Shown piece after piece: positions 1 to 15,000 of a stretch of DNA of 64,000 nt. Made by a program: the position numbers and the translations under genes. Position 1 is the stretch's first letter; each line of letters starts with the position of its first letter. The stretch is from an uncultured Planctomycetales bacterium. GTDB taxonomy: Bacteria > Omnitrophota > Gorgyraeia > Gygaellales > Profunditerraquicolaceae. Location: the NCBI GenBank assembly GCA_964603585.1, contig CAZRVK010000003.1, forward strand, positions 67,693 through 131,692, in the 5' to 3' direction. The notes beneath the pieces were generated by a model. That model worked only from the letters and a program-made list of their open reading frames with translations, ran no database searches and was not told the origin of the DNA.

Positions 1-15
1 ACCAAAAGTAAGGCT

Positions 16-3000
16 TTGCGAAAGCTGCGGTCTACGGCTATAAAGCTGGGTTTGCCTGTTAATCCGCGTGGCTTTGGTTCATTCTCGTTCTTGCCTCTTT
101 GTATCATGCATAACTTTGGGTTGTTTGTGGCCTGTATACTTGTGCTGGCAGGGGTATTTTCTGTTCTTCTGTCGCATGGCCCTCCTGATGCAGGGAGGAT
201 ACATCCTTTTGTGCATCCTGGCCGCGACAAACAAAGAGAGTTTATCCTTTCCCAGGCGTTTTTCCGTGGTGAAACCAAGGTAAATGAATTATTACGCCGG
301 GCCTGTGGTTTTATGGATCTTCAGGTTTTCCTTTCCATTTTTCTCCGCGATCGCAGGAAAATAAAGATTATTGATACGAATTTAGTAGTTTTTAAAGGTA
401 GAGAAGAAGAGTTCTTTCGCGTAACCGTTGATTTTGCCTATGGTCTCCAGGCTAAACGTTATTGTTTGTTGATCGGATTCTCGGATCATTTGATGCGCTG
501 CATGTATATTGAAATACTCGATAATTGTTTTGCCCATCTGCCTTTGCATCGGATCCCTAATGCCAAAGAGATGTTTTCCCAGCGTAATTCCATGATTAGT
601 TATTCCCGTATTGCCAGAGCCTGGGTTGCGCAAGAAGCCAAACAAACTAAGCCTGTTCAGGAAATAGGGGTATACAATTATATTAAAGATAAAGCGGCGC
701 ATGGCAATGTCAACGGGGCGATGATAGGCGCATTTGATGAATTGACATCAAGGATCGTTGCCGGACTGGTTTCGAAGAACCCAAGGGTTTTTATGAGTAA
801 TTATGCCAGCCAACTATCGGACACCTGGGAAGCATATGTCAGTATCGGTACTTATCCGGATCATTTAAAAGCATGGATAGGGGATGATATCCTTGCCCAT
901 CAGGTCGCAACAGGCGTCTTACAATTTACCGGCCGGATAGTTATTTTACGCAATCTGGCAGTTGACGCCTCGGTTTGCGCTATGGCGATGACCGGTTTTC
1001 ATAGGTACGGCTTAGTTGTATCTGCACATCAGCCTTGGAGTGAGGCCTCCCGGGAATTTAATATCTCGACCGCTGCCCATGAAAATAACCACCATCTTTT
1101 CCCCGGGAAATGGAGAAAATTAAGCGTCTTGGAACAGGGGGAATTGTTAAATCGTTTTTCTTTGCGCCATCCTGCATTTTTTGCCTGTCTCCTGGATAAA
1201 CGCGATAGTTGCAGCGAAGCGATCGTTTATGAAGACGCAATGGATCTTATCAATTTTGGGCTTCTTCCGGAGTCTTTGGCGTATCCCAGAAAAGATATTT
1301 TTGTCCGGCGTAATGAAAGTAAACTTGATCCGCCGAGAGTGAATTTATCGGAACGCTCAAGAGCGCGTCTGCACCGAAAAGAGCGCATTGAGCAAAAAAG
1401 AAGTCGCCAGGGATTTGAAGGTGTAAACGAAAACCAGGATCTCTCATTCGCTTTAGCGATGGTTGTTCCGCTTCCTCTTACAGGCATTATTTTGCTTTTT
1501 GCTTTAACTGTCTTTGCCCTTGCAGTGCCTTTCAAATCTAAGGCTGCCAATGTAATCCTTATCTTAGCCAGTCTTCCAGCAAAGCTTTTGACTAAAACCT
1601 GGATCCGCAATAATGCTCTTTTTGTTGCGGCATCGCTTTTTGGCTTTGGCGTGGTTATGGTTTTTGTCCTGTGGTTAGTATTGGATAACTTCCGAGTTTC
1701 CGCGCTTATCGGGATTGTTTATCTCATTGGCTGCTTAATGGTCGTTAAACAGCTTAAACAGGATAGCATTAACCAGTCATTGGAGCAGGATAGACAAGAG
1801 GCGCGGTTAAGGCAGGTCCAGGCTAAAGAAGAGCAAAAAAGAAGAAAAGAAAAAAGAAGGGAAAGGAATTCCGTCGCCAGGGAAAAAGCGAATAGGTTAA
1901 GGCAGAAAGTCACTGTTGTTCAAGAACCTGTTAAACAAACGGTTCCGGCGAGATTACCGCCAGAGTCGGTTAAAAGCGCCAGGCAGCTTTTTGAAGAACG
2001 ATTGTTTGCATTTGCTGGAGGAAATCCTGATCAGGAGGCAATGGCGAGGATCAAGCATTTTGTTTCTTTCATTGATTTGACAGGAGTTTCGCCTATTTGG
2101 GCTTCGATATGCTCGGTATTTCTTAGCCGAGACCTTCAGGGGCGGCATGTATTCAGCGAAAGAGCCATAGCCACTTTTTTAAGGCAGATCGCCTCATCTC
2201 AATTGTCGATTTCTGTGGGATGGATTAAGGATTTCCTGAAAAAAGTCGAAAGCACGGAAGGTTTAGAAAACAGCAATGATTCAGCCAGGTTAAAGCGTAA
2301 TTATTTAGCTGCGCTTGTAATTATAGATAGTTTAGAGCTTCATCGCCCGCATTTGCTGCTGGCTGATAGCAGAGGAATAGATTTTGAACGCTTGCGTTCT
2401 TTTAAACAAAGAGGCTCTATCGAAGGGGAGTGCAGCCTTATTCGTTTACGTAGCGTGCTTGCCCAGGTGATTATGGGGCATCATGCCAGGCAGATATGTT
2501 GTGAAATAGCATTAATTTCTCCTGATTTAGCACAGCAATTAGTTTCAGAATTCCCATACAATGATAAATTGGCAAAAAAAGATAAAAAAGCGCTTCATCG
2601 GCAGCTCGATGCCGGCCTGGGCATGGGGTTTGCGGCATTAAAATCCGGCATTACCCCGGAAGATTATCTTGCCAATGCGGATTATATCGGTTTACCGTTA
2701 ATCGCTGCTTTGTATCAGACAAGAGAAGAGATGGCTGATTGTGCCTCCAGGCGAATTGCCGGGCTTTATGATTTATCAGGGATTAAGAAAGAATATTCTG
2801 AATACAGCGATACTCTTACCATAATTGATCGACTGCTTTTGCGTGTTCCCGTGACCGCGCAGGTTGTAAAAGAACATTTAAACATTTTTGGGCAGTCTGC
2901 ACAGAGAAACAGGCAGTCGACAGCGTTTACTGATAGAAACTCAAGGGATAATAAACTTATACTCGAGGCAATTGCTGCAGATAAATCCGCCGAAGATTAC

Positions 3001-6000
3001 ATAAGAAGAGAAGAAGGAGTTAAAAGAGCCCGGGCGCAAGAGTTGTTAGATGGGATTTATTTGTTAGTCAGCCAAGGCCGATATAATGAGGCAAAACCTT
3101 TGGCTGTCGAGGCATATAATCAGGATAATATATTAAAACCAGTCGTGGCGTTGGTCAATAGCCCGATCGAACGGGGTGTATTTGAGGCAAGGCTTAGAGC
3201 CTTAGCGCAAGGGCTTAAAAGCCAAAGTAAAGACGATATCGAGGCTTCTTGCGGATATTTTATGAATCTTATCGGAGAATTCCCTCAAGCAGTAAGTTTG
3301 CTGTGTTCAAGGCTTGTATTCTCTATAGATACTACTTCTATCCAGGCAGATGAGGATATATCAGTCCTTTATCTTTTTTCCCGCCTGCCTTATGGGGCTA
3401 AGTCCCAAGATATGGTGGAGAGGGCTGTAGGGTTCATGAATTACGAAGGTTATCGCCAAGAGGATGTCCTTTCGGCAGGAAGGGAATTTTTCGAGTCTCC
3501 TTTTAGCGACGGCCTGATATATATGAATCAAAAACATGTAGCCCGGGCAACTTTTGAGGATAATAAATGGTCGATGTTGGCAAAATATTTAAACGAGATT
3601 GCCGCCTTCCCGTTATTAACCCGGTTAGGTGAAATTGTCTTAGGGGTAAGGGCAAGGTTTGCCAGAGAAGCATTGAAAAACGATGCTAAAAGAAGTCTGA
3701 TTGAATCTAATTTGAGGCTTGTAATAAGCTGTGCTAAGAAATATCGCTGGTCAGGATTGCCTCTTTTAGACCTGATCGGTAACGGTAATACCGGGCTTGT
3801 GAGTGCAGTAAACGATGAAAAATGGGATCCCAGCGAGGGGAAAAGATTCTCTACTTATATATACTGGTGGATCCGTCAAGCAATTTCAAGGTTTGTTGAT
3901 AATAACAAAGACCAAATCCGGCTTCCTCCGGATAAAGTCAGGGAGATAAATTTCCTGAAAAGCTCATGTGCCCGAAATGGCTTAGACCCTTTAAATAGGA
4001 AAGTTAGTACGGATGAGATCGCAGAAGCTATCGGCATGGATCCTAAAAAGGTAAAAGCTATTCGAAGAAATATGTTCTTGACGATCTCCCTGGACCAACC
4101 CCGGGGTCATAACAATGAGGATGGGCGAGAATCAAGTATTGCCGGTATTTTAGCAAGTAATGATGATGAGGTTGGCAGGATCCCTGATTTGCGTAGTGCT
4201 TTAATTAAAGTAGTTGAGACTACGGAGAGGCGTTTACGCCAGCGTTGGATGGCGGCTGCCGAGGAGAATATAGAAAGGGATCTTAAAATATTCAGGATAA
4301 GATTAGCCTCTTTATTAGGGCTGGGAGAACGCCAGACTTTAGAGGTTTTAGGCAAGGCTACAGGAGTTACCAGGGAAAGAGTTAGGCAAATCGAGGCTAA
4401 AGCTAAGCCGGTTTTTACCGAGGAGCTGCTTGCTTCCGGTATTACCCCGGAAGAGATCGAGCTGGTGCGCAGCGATTATCATGGAAAGTATTCTAAAGGT
4501 AAAAAAGGGGACGTTTCTAATTATTCAAGCCTAGTTTTAGCCGCGTCTACTACAGTCAGTTTAAACTTTTTACTTTTGATTATACTCGTGATATGCCTTA
4601 TGGCGCAATCCCCTCGTGGACCGCCTCAGGATAAAGTTGCGCAGGGATTTCCCTTAAGCGGCTTAACTCCAATTCCTAAGTTTCATCGTGAAGGCCTCGA
4701 TGCGAGCTTTTTTCCCATAGCAGAAATTTCCGAAGTTTTAAGATCACAAGACAAAAAAGGGTCCCTCGAAGTTACTATTACTGCGCATGAAGAAGGGAAT
4801 CTGCATATCTGTCTTGTTCTCATGCCGGTTAATGAGATCCTGGCAAAGATAGAAATGAGCAGGCAGGATTATATTGTAGTGACTAGGAAGAATCCAACGC
4901 TGCCGCGCGATATTACGGATATCATTATGAAGGATGATAGCGCTGTTAGAGAGAGTGAACCTTTTTGGGTGGGAGACGTAGTTGTTACCCGGAAGTATTA
5001 TACTGATCTAAATTGGATGGCCGCTGTTACGCATTTTTGGATTCATCCATTGCTTCGGCAAAAAGGGATTGGCGATTTGTGGTATAGAGGATTTGTCGAG
5101 CCATATATCCGGGAATGCGGTTTCGATATTGTTTTGGTCAGAGGAACATGCTTGGATGATTTATATATCAGTAATTTCTGGATCGACCAAGGTTTTTCTG
5201 ACACTGCTCCGTTAACCCAGTTGATCGGAGGCGAAACATTAATGGAATATGCTTCGGTAAAGAAAATTAATTCTTCTTCGCAAGCGCAGGATCTTGGAAT
5301 AATAAGTGGAACGGATGGACAGGGATCTTCGTTTTCCATTGGTACTCCATGGATTAGTACCCCGTTTCTATTCTTGTGCACTTTTGCTTTTCTTCTCTCG
5401 GTATTGTGGGCAACTGGGAATCCGCGCGGCCCGCCGTTTGCCAATCTATATATAGAAGAAGCGACATTAAATGATGTCGAAGAAATCGGAGGTATATTTG
5501 AGAGAGAGTTATTGCCTCTTTATGAGAACGATGTAGATGGCAGTCCATTATGGACAAGGAAACAATATGCATGCAGTATCCGTGATTCTATCTCTGGGAT
5601 AAGTGAAGGGCAGAAAACCAAAGGTATTGTATTGGTGGCTAGGGTGGACGGTCGCATTGCAGGATATGTGTCTGCATGTTTTTATCCTGGAAATAACTTC
5701 GGGGAAATAGATGAGATGGCGGTTGAGAAGGCTTATCAAAAACGTGGGATAGGTACAGCGTTGCTTAGCGGGGCGGTCTTTGCTCTTAGATCTATTCCAG
5801 GAATAGAAAGGGTTGTATTAACTGCGGATATATCTAAGGGCGGGAAAACAAGTAAAATTGCCCGTAAATTAGGGTTTCGCGCTAAAAATGACGCCATGAC
5901 ATTACGGCTTGATATGCCTGATGAGAAGGAGAAACGCAGTTCTCCGGTCGGCGGAGTAGTCGCAACAGAGAATATAGCCGAACCGAAGGTATTATTCCCG

Positions 6001-9000
6001 GTCTCAGAAATAGTAAAGCTTGATGCGAGCCTTCGCGAAGAAGCCTTTAATGTCGAGACGGTGCAAGGGGATCCGTTATTAAGCGCCAAAGATATCATTG
6101 GCTTCAATTTTGAGAGAATAATAGATAAATTCCGCACCTTTATCTTAAGGCATGACAAAGAAGAATTATCCAGTTTAACGCTTTGTCAAACAGGTGATGC
6201 AATATATTTTCGGATCCGTTTATCCGAGAGATTGAGGAACAAAGGTATCGGTAGGGTGTGGTTTTATCATATCCTTTTGCCTTATTTTTCAAGCCTTGCC
6301 GATTCAGGGATACAAGATATACGTACTTATTGGTACTGTTCGGAAGGCGGCTATGGCGATTTTATTATGGAGAAGTTGCATTTTCCTCATAAAAGAGCGA
6401 TACAGCTAGATACCTACGAAATAGTCTATTTTTGCGCATCAATGGTAAATCGAAATATACAGTCCCGACAAAGCACAGAAGATGGCCAGCGAACTCATTC
6501 TAATTACGCGTTCGCCGCGCCGCTTTTAGTTTTAAATGGACCTTGGGTGCCGAATATTCCGATAATTCCCTTGGGCATTATTATAGCCGGCTTGTTCTTA
6601 TTTTTAACGATCAAGCGTTTACCTGCAGGGGAGGATACATCCGTTTCAGTTCTTTCACGTTTTCTATCCCCGCAGAATGAACTTTTAGTGCTCATAAGTA
6701 ACGCGGACCGCTGGGCAAATTTTTATGACAAAATCGCCTTCCATACTCTTGTCAGGTTGTATTGGCGATTAAAAGGTTACAGGATCAAAATAATCAATGG
6801 GGCAACAAGGCGTAATCTGCGTGATGCCTTAAAAGATAACGGCGTAAAAAATATTGCTTTGACCGGACACGGGTCCTGGTCAAGCTGGGAGGCTTCTGAT
6901 GGGATTGTCAGTGAAGCGGACATCATCCGCTGGATGGGACCTGGCGTGGCGAAGAAGGAACTGTTTACAAAGTATTTCTGTGGCATCGGCGGAGATATTC
7001 CTCTAGGCTATCATGCGGTTAATGATCCAGAAGGCCAACTGTTTGGGACTATGCATGAGGCTAGTCAAAGTTGGTGGTTCGATAAACCAGGGCTATTTTC
7101 CTTAAGACAGCTCAAAGAGAATAAAGGCTTCTGGCTTTCATTCCTGCCGTCAAAATTATATGAGCGCTTGCAACGGACCGTTTTCGTTTTTATATTTCTT
7201 GAGACAGTTTCAGCTGTCATTGCCGCTGGCCTCATAAAGTATACTGATGCAACTATCCTTGCAAGTATATGGACAGGTTCATTGTGGGCGTTAATGGTAT
7301 TTGCGCCGGCTTTTATCGCTGCCTGGATATATCGCAACTGGGAATATTCAATAAGAGTTGGATTTGGGATATCCGCGATTGTTGCGGCTGGTCTTTTAAT
7401 GGCAAGCAGTTGGGTCTTTCCCGGGGTTGCGTTAATAAGCATCTTGGTTGAGAGGCATGGCATTGGTATGATTTTGGCTGTTCAATCATTGATTTTAATT
7501 GCCGGGATACTCTTATTGCCGTGTTTCTTCGGGAAAATCAAGGATAATGGTAAGCGGCAAGAAAGAGAAGAAAATAGGGTTAACAATGAGAAAAAAAGAT
7601 GGGCGCTATATGTCTTGCCAGCGATTGCTTTAGTAGCCGCGATAGCAGTTATTGTTGCACAACTTGTTTTGCCATCCTATTTCCTGCCTGTGGGCGCAGG
7701 CGCTGTTTTATCAGCCGAATTCCTTTACATTGCAATAGCGGCGCCTATCCTTGAAGAGATCGCCTTCCGGAATTTACTGTATAAACAAACGTTACGCAAG
7801 TTTTTCGGGGTGATTGTCTCTACAGCCATTTCCTCGTTTTTATTCTCGCTTACACATTTTGTATGTGAACGCGGGCTCGGCCTTTTGGATTTCGCCGTCA
7901 TGGTTACCTATGGAGTTGTTTTTGCCGTTTGTTACGAGAAAACAAAAAGACTGTGGGTACCCATGCTTTTGCATATGGCGAATAATTGCATACTTTATTT
8001 TGTCATTACATTCGGTTTGATAAACGGAGGGAATGTTTATGCGAGTTTATTGGGTTTACGGATAGTTCTTATCGGCCTTGTCAGCGCATGGCTTTTTGCG
8101 GGGAGAAAGAATTTTGTTTCTATCTTTGATCAACAGAGTAAACTCGACCGTGCTTTGGTTAAGGGGTATGAGTGGCTTGATGATAAAGTCTCGGCTTTTC
8201 TTAAATTGTTTACTTGTGCGTCTTTTTCGGTGCTCTCGGTATTGCGGGGAAGTCAAAATCCGCGCGGCCCTCCGCAGGATAAATCCGCTTCTCATCTATC
8301 TGCTTCTGCACGCCTTGATCTGGATAATGCGGTTAAAAAAGATGATTCTTATTCAATCCTTTCTGGGGTTTCATTGCCTACGCTTCTTGGCATTTTAAGT
8401 GTTTTTATGGTTACTATTTTGGTCCTTGGAATCATCGGATTGCGGGGAGCTTCTTGTAAACAAATTGTTAGATATAATGCAGGCAAACGGCCTTTGTCTT
8501 ATTCTGGGGATGATGCCCGCCCCTGCCGTGCATTAGTTCTTGATGACCGCAGGTCGAGGTTAGAAGAAGTTGAGCAAAACCTCGCTCGTTACGGATATCG
8601 CGGGGAGCAGTTTTATACCTTGCCTCGGGCAATGGCGGCTATGCGTAAGGCGCAACGCGAAGGCGTGCCTTACAAATTAGTAGTTACTGACCTTGATTTA
8701 GGGTGGAGCATTTTAAAGCCCCAGCTTGTGGTAGAAGGGTTACGGTTTGCAATATGGGTAAGGCAGGTTTATCCGCAAACCGAAGTTATCTTGAATTCTA
8801 CGCTTTTTAACCGGGGGAGTTATGCAGTAATGCTCCCTCTTGCCTTGGGTTTTCCTCGGAAAATTGAGATTTCCGGGATCAGTATTTTAGGTAAAGATAA
8901 TATATTCGCAGCATTTCGTGGCTTGGGAATGGATGAGTTCCATCAAAAATGGCTTATCCAGAAATGCCGGGAGCTTGCGGATTTGGGATATACTTTAGCA

Positions 9001-12000
9001 TACGAAAAATTTGAAGATGAAAGTAAGGGGTTTGTACATATTTGCCAGGTAAAGCAAAATGGAATTCTTCGCGGGGCATTGAGGATCGTTGAAACAGGCG
9101 ATACTTTAGGGATCCGCGATATTTATCCTAATTTGCCTGTCGGCCATGGATATGGCCGGGCGGTTTTATTACTTATGTTGATACGGCAAAACCGCTGGCA
9201 GGGGCGAGAATTTAATTCTTTGACCAGCAGTATCGTTGCCTGCCGGATGTTCCAGAGGATGCGCCGTTTTCGCATCGATATTAAGGAAATTGGGGATAAT
9301 TTCTGGCAGGTTAACGGGAGGGTTCCATATTTTAACCAGGGTGCTTTTGATGAAATAAAGAGTTCTGGTATCTATGAAAGCCACCAGGATGCAAAAAACC
9401 TGGCTTTTGCGCCTTTATTAGGCATGGAGTTATTGGCGCAGACAGGGTTAGGCTTCTTCGCCGGGAGTATGCTTTTGTTGTTTGGATGCCTACTTTTTGC
9501 TTATAATGTGCCGCAGGAGTTTTCTTTCAGCGGCTTAACTCCGGACCAGATATATCCGGCGTATGTCTCTCGTGTGGTTTCTGCTTTAGAGAGTATGGCA
9601 GAAAATCCTGCCGGAGGCAGGGGGCTGGATTTTCTTTTAAAATGGCCCGGTAAGTTAAGGGTTGGGGAGAGGATAGCTTTTCCTGTACATATCATTATCG
9701 GGCATCTGGATGAAAAGGAATTTTACCCCCGGCACAAAAAAGAGATCGCCCGTTATTTTCTTGCACGGGAAGATATTATGCGTTCTGCTTTATTGGTCAT
9801 GGCAAAAACCATAAAGTGTGCGGGCCAGCGAAACCGGCAAAGGGTTTTTGATATTTTCGCGGAAATGTTATATTCGGCCAACTTCCGGCAGCTGCGTAAC
9901 ATCCGCCGGATTTTGAGCCGGAAGATCTTCGAATCCCGCCGGGATATTGAATATAAGCGTGCGATCTTAGAGATGATGGCAAAAATGGATTATGGGTTTG
10001 CCAGCGCTGGCGGCGAGTCTTTTTCTTCTTTTGCACCGCTTGCTATGGCAACACCGGGTATCGGCATATTGTTTTTACTCTTATTGGCGGTAGTTATGTT
10101 TGCAGAGACGGGTATTTCTTTCGCGGATCAGGCTAAAGCATTTGGATTTTTTCCTGGAGAGTCCGAAGAAAATCATCTTTCTGGCAATGCCGCCAATATA
10201 TACGAGAGCTGTCTCACTTTTACTCATTCCAACAAAATTGCCCCGCAGCTTATGTTAAAGAATCCGGATATCCAGGATCATTGTCCGGAGCCTTCAAATT
10301 TCGTTATTCCTTCGATCATTTGGAATGAGACTTTTGAGTTAGCGGCATTATTTATAGTGATTGGTATTATCGGCGCAATATGGTTGTGGAAGAAACACAG
10401 GGACCATTCTATTTATTTGTCCTCTAACCTGGATGCTCCGTATATGCCGCAGGTTTCGACTAAATTTACTTCTTCAGAAAGAGAGGATATCGCCCAATCC
10501 GCTAAAAGAGTGTACGATCTATTTTCCGAGCGGCTTAATTTCAAAGATTCCCTAATGCTGAAAAGAAAACTACAGCAGGTTAAAGTAAGGCCTTTGCCTC
10601 AAAGACTGCATTTGCGGATGGCTTATTTATTATGGGCCGCCTGCGGGTTATTCTTGTTGTGCGGAATTATTTCTGCAGATAAACAAATAATATGGTATTC
10701 GGCGGGGATTGTATTCTTTGGCAATATCGTTGCTATGATTACATACCGTTTTGGATTTCCTCCGGGAGAAAAGCAGAGATCATGGTCAAATCGATATATA
10801 TATCTTGATCGAAATGACGCAAATTCATGGGATCTGGATTATGAGCTGATCAAATATATCTTCAGCCAATTCTATTATAGCCGGGACCCCTTGGTCTCTA
10901 CGGCTATAGCACATTCATTAATTCACCTGGATAGGCCCGGGATCGCCTCTTTAATGGATCTTTCAGGGTTTAAAGAGGATATTGCCGAAGGATTATTCTC
11001 GCCCGAGGCGGTAGTTAGTAATCTGGAGGTATTCTTGGCAGGCAAATGCAGCCAAGAAGAAAGCGTGCGCAGGCAGTGCCAGCGTTATTGCGATGCAATG
11101 CGTAAAGAAAATTATATTAGCGGACATGCGGCAGAGGCAGCCGCTACAACACTTGTCCTTTGGGATCTGTATGGGGTTGAGGTTGCGAAAAGTTTTATCC
11201 TTCAATATGCGGTTAGTAATTCTGTCAGCGAGGCATTATTCCTGGCTTTGTCCTTAGGAAAGCCATGGCAGCATAAAATGATGGCTTTTTATCGTCCGTC
11301 ATTGAGGTTAATATTAGAGTTATCGGTTTCAAGTGCTTTATCTGTAATTATGCTTATCCAGAATGAATATGCCCCAGCGTTATTGTTTGCGGCATATTCC
11401 TTGTATCGTCTTGTAGGTATATTCTTCCACAAACGGATTGATTTAATAGAGTTTTGCCAGGGGATTAATGAAGATAAAGCCAAGGCTATTGAGTTTCTTG
11501 CGCCAGGAAATGTATTGAGGATGATAAAGATAAATTATGATCAGGAGCATATGCCGTGGTGCAAAAAGGTGTTGGAAGAGTTCCAGACATTTATCGCAGA
11601 AAAAGGTGACTCCTTGTCTCCACCGGATATTCAATCAAAGGCGGCAGTGGATGAAGTGCTTAGGCGTATAGAGGCATCTTACGCCGCTAAGAGCGGCAGG
11701 AATTCCAGCTCTAATCATACATTCGCGGTTTTTCCGGTGGGGGCTGGTTTATTTATTCTTTTGCTGATAGCGGCAGCTATTTTGGCGATAACGCTAATAG
11801 CCAAAAGGGCAATAACCGGACTGCATTTATCGCGAGCCCCGCCCCAGGCTGGCAATTTGCATCATCAAATCTCTAAAAGGATACGTAATGTTGTAATTGT
11901 TACTTTGGTTTGTGCTCTCGGTATATCTGTAGTGTATTCATTAGGTGGGTTTAGCGCGTATTTTGCAGTAAAGAATTCACAGCCCGCGCACTCGCTGTTC

Positions 12001-15000
12001 TATTTACCTGCTGCGCTACTTGATATTGGTTTTGGCGTGATCACCTGGTTTAGCTGTGACGCCGCCGGACAATATCTTAATGAAGGCCGTATGATCCGCA
12101 AGAAACAAAGTTTGATCGTCGGTTTATGCGGGGTCTTTCAGGGAACACTTGCGCATGTTAATTTGAATATCCCCGACCTCTTGCCTGTATTGCCGAATCA
12201 TTTTGCGCAAATGATCTTTAGGACTTTTGTCGTGCTTGCCGGAGGGGTGATAGTTTCATTTATCTTTGCCCGCGCTACATCTTTCGGCAGGCAGATCACC
12301 TCGGCACCGCAATTCTCCCGGGAAAAAGAGTGGGGTAAAACCGGGGACCTGTTTTTGGCTAAATTTATTTTAGCCCCCTTAAAATCATTCATTGTGATCA
12401 ATCTATTCCCGCCTTCGGTCAGGGTCATCAGTATGCAGGCATGGGATTACTTAATGACGATCTTCTTTGCCTATCTTATGAACCGTAAAGAGCCGTTATT
12501 CCTGCCATTCTTTAGAAAGTTGTTTTCCTTTAGAAGCATTTCTGCTTTATCTATAGGTGCTGTAAGTGTATCTTTGCAGCCGGGATGCGGAGTGATGCAG
12601 GATTTAGGCGTTTTTCCCCTGTCCCACCCCGCGGTGGAATGCAATCAAAGGGATCCTTCCTATATAAATGTAAACGGCATAAACACCCGTTATTGCTCGT
12701 TCGGGCAGGGCCAGACGGTTATTTTTATCCATGGTTTCAATTCATCGCTTGAGGAATGGTTTTGTGTGGTTAATGGGATGGAGGATTCTTATCGGATTAT
12801 TCTTATAGACCTCCCGGGATTTGGAGATACACAGTTACCTCAAGGGTTTGGCTGTAATACCTCCGATTATACTGTTTTCCTTGATTCATTTATGCGGGCG
12901 CTTGGTTTAGAGAAAGCTTCGATTGTCGGTTTTTCTATGGGGGGAAAAATCGCCTGGAGTTTTGCTGTTAGTTATCCGGAGCGCGTAGAAAAACTTGTTA
13001 TTTTGGATGCCGCCGGATACAGCGATAAGATAGATGAGGCGCGGCTGCTTTTATGGCTTAGCGGTCGTATGGATTCTGCCGGTGCATGTATTTTGACATC
13101 AGATGTGTTGGATCCCAGCGCCAGTGGCCAGATATCCGAGATTTCTGTTCCCAGTTTGATCATCTGGGGTAGTGGTGATGTAGTGATACCTTTGAGTGAA
13201 GGCTTTCGCTTTGACCGGGATATCGCTTGTTCCGAACTCAAGATCCTTTTTGGCGCCGGGCATGGTGTTCTTTGGGAAAGGCCAGTTCAGATCAGGCAGG
13301 AGCTGTTAAGGTTCCTTCCTGTATATCCTGAAGCGATATGCAGCCCGGGGATGATGTATGCCTGCGGTGCAGGGGTCTTTGGCTCTTCGGTTATAATTAT
13401 TTTTATCTTTGTGCTGATGACAGCGGTTTGGGCCGTTGACCCGAAGGGCTCCGGGCAGGTTACGGGCCTTGATTTAGGGGTTAAAGAAAAAATGGTCTTA
13501 AGAGTGTTCGGGTTTTGGTTATCCCAGCCCAATGATACCAGTTGTGTTACTATACCGGCTTTACTAAGATTTGCTGGTTACCAGGACGAGATCCTTAATG
13601 ATGAAGCCGGCAACGCATTTTTAAGATTGTCACGGCAATGCCAATTGATCAAGGTTTGCGGCAAAGATATTTATTATCCGGCAGGCAAGAGTAAAGACGC
13701 GGAAGAAAAACGAGGATTGATCGTCAAGACAATCGCTTCCCTTGCCGGAGAATATACGGATACTCCCCGGGAACTGAATAGATTAGCGAAGTTAAAAGAT
13801 GCGTTATATGAAATTACTGTTGTGCGCGTCCTGGTGCGAGACGGCAGTATTTCAGGGTTTAGGGTGGCATATAAGGATAGTTTTGGTTTTGTGCCGTTTA
13901 CTCTGCGGCCTCGGTATGGAGAGTATGTTTTTAATCAATGGCAGGTCAAGGAATGGGAAGTCTTGATAACCGGAAAATCTTTTTCTGCCCGCCTGCATGA
14001 ATTAGGAGAATATGCCGGCAGGAAAAATCCGGTATTTAATATAAAAAATGAGCCGGTTAAAGAGGCTGATGTTCCTAAGAGGGATGATTTTAAGGGGGGG
14101 GTGGCTTTTGCCAGAAGTCCCGGTAATGCAAGGCATACATGGGATGATGAAGCATCTCAAACTGCATCGTCCGGCAACGTGTTATTGGCGGCATTAAGGG
14201 ATAATGATCCTAAAAAGATTCTCAATATATTAAGGCGGTTACTGCCGCTTGATTATGGCGCTGGATGGATCGAACAAATCTTTAACGCAGAACATGGTCT
14301 TCAAAGGCAAGTTGAGCTGATAAATATTTTTAAGGATCTCCTGCGGAATATCAAGCTCCAGGAACAGGAGATCCTTGTATTCGCCAGATTATTCTACCGG
14401 GTTCGTCCCTTGCAGGCAATAGAGGAGCTTCAAGAAGTAATATCCTCATCGGCTGACCCTTGCGCGCGCCTTATTGCCGCAGAGGCGATATTTAATTTGG
14501 ACCTCCAGGGCCGGGAAGAGATTTTCTTGCGCCTGTTTAATCAGCCGGAGATGTGTTTACAGGCCAGGGCTTTAGCCGCAAAGATGTATGCGCAAACCAG
14601 CGGCCGGGCGCGGGAATATCTGGGGCATTTTATTGCGCATGACAGCCGTGATCAGATGCGCCGGGCAGCCGTGATCGGTTTATATGATGCCGGAGGCCGT
14701 GCGCGCAGGATCTTGGAAAAAAGCCTGAAGATTTCATATGATCCCGCAAGCGGTGTTATCCAAGGAAAAGGGTTTACAGACGGTTTTGTCCAGCCATCTA
14801 ACGAGCCGGGGACAAACCGGCCAGACTGTTCTTATTGTTTTGTGCCTGAAGGGATGACGGTCGCCATGGGATTTGTCATAACATCATTGTTTTTGTTTGC
14901 GTTATGCATATTTATGATGGCAGATCGTTCTGGAGGCCTGCCGTTTACTTTTTCACAAGAGGAAGCGGAGGATTTAGCGGATTTAGAGGAGAAGATCAAT

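Noticed and set aside
6850-7050. Possible CHAT/caspase-like His-Cys dyad (IALTGHGSWSSW ... FCGIGGD)
   Set aside because: Only a short two-residue pattern without the surrounding fold signatures, so it is too weak to call.
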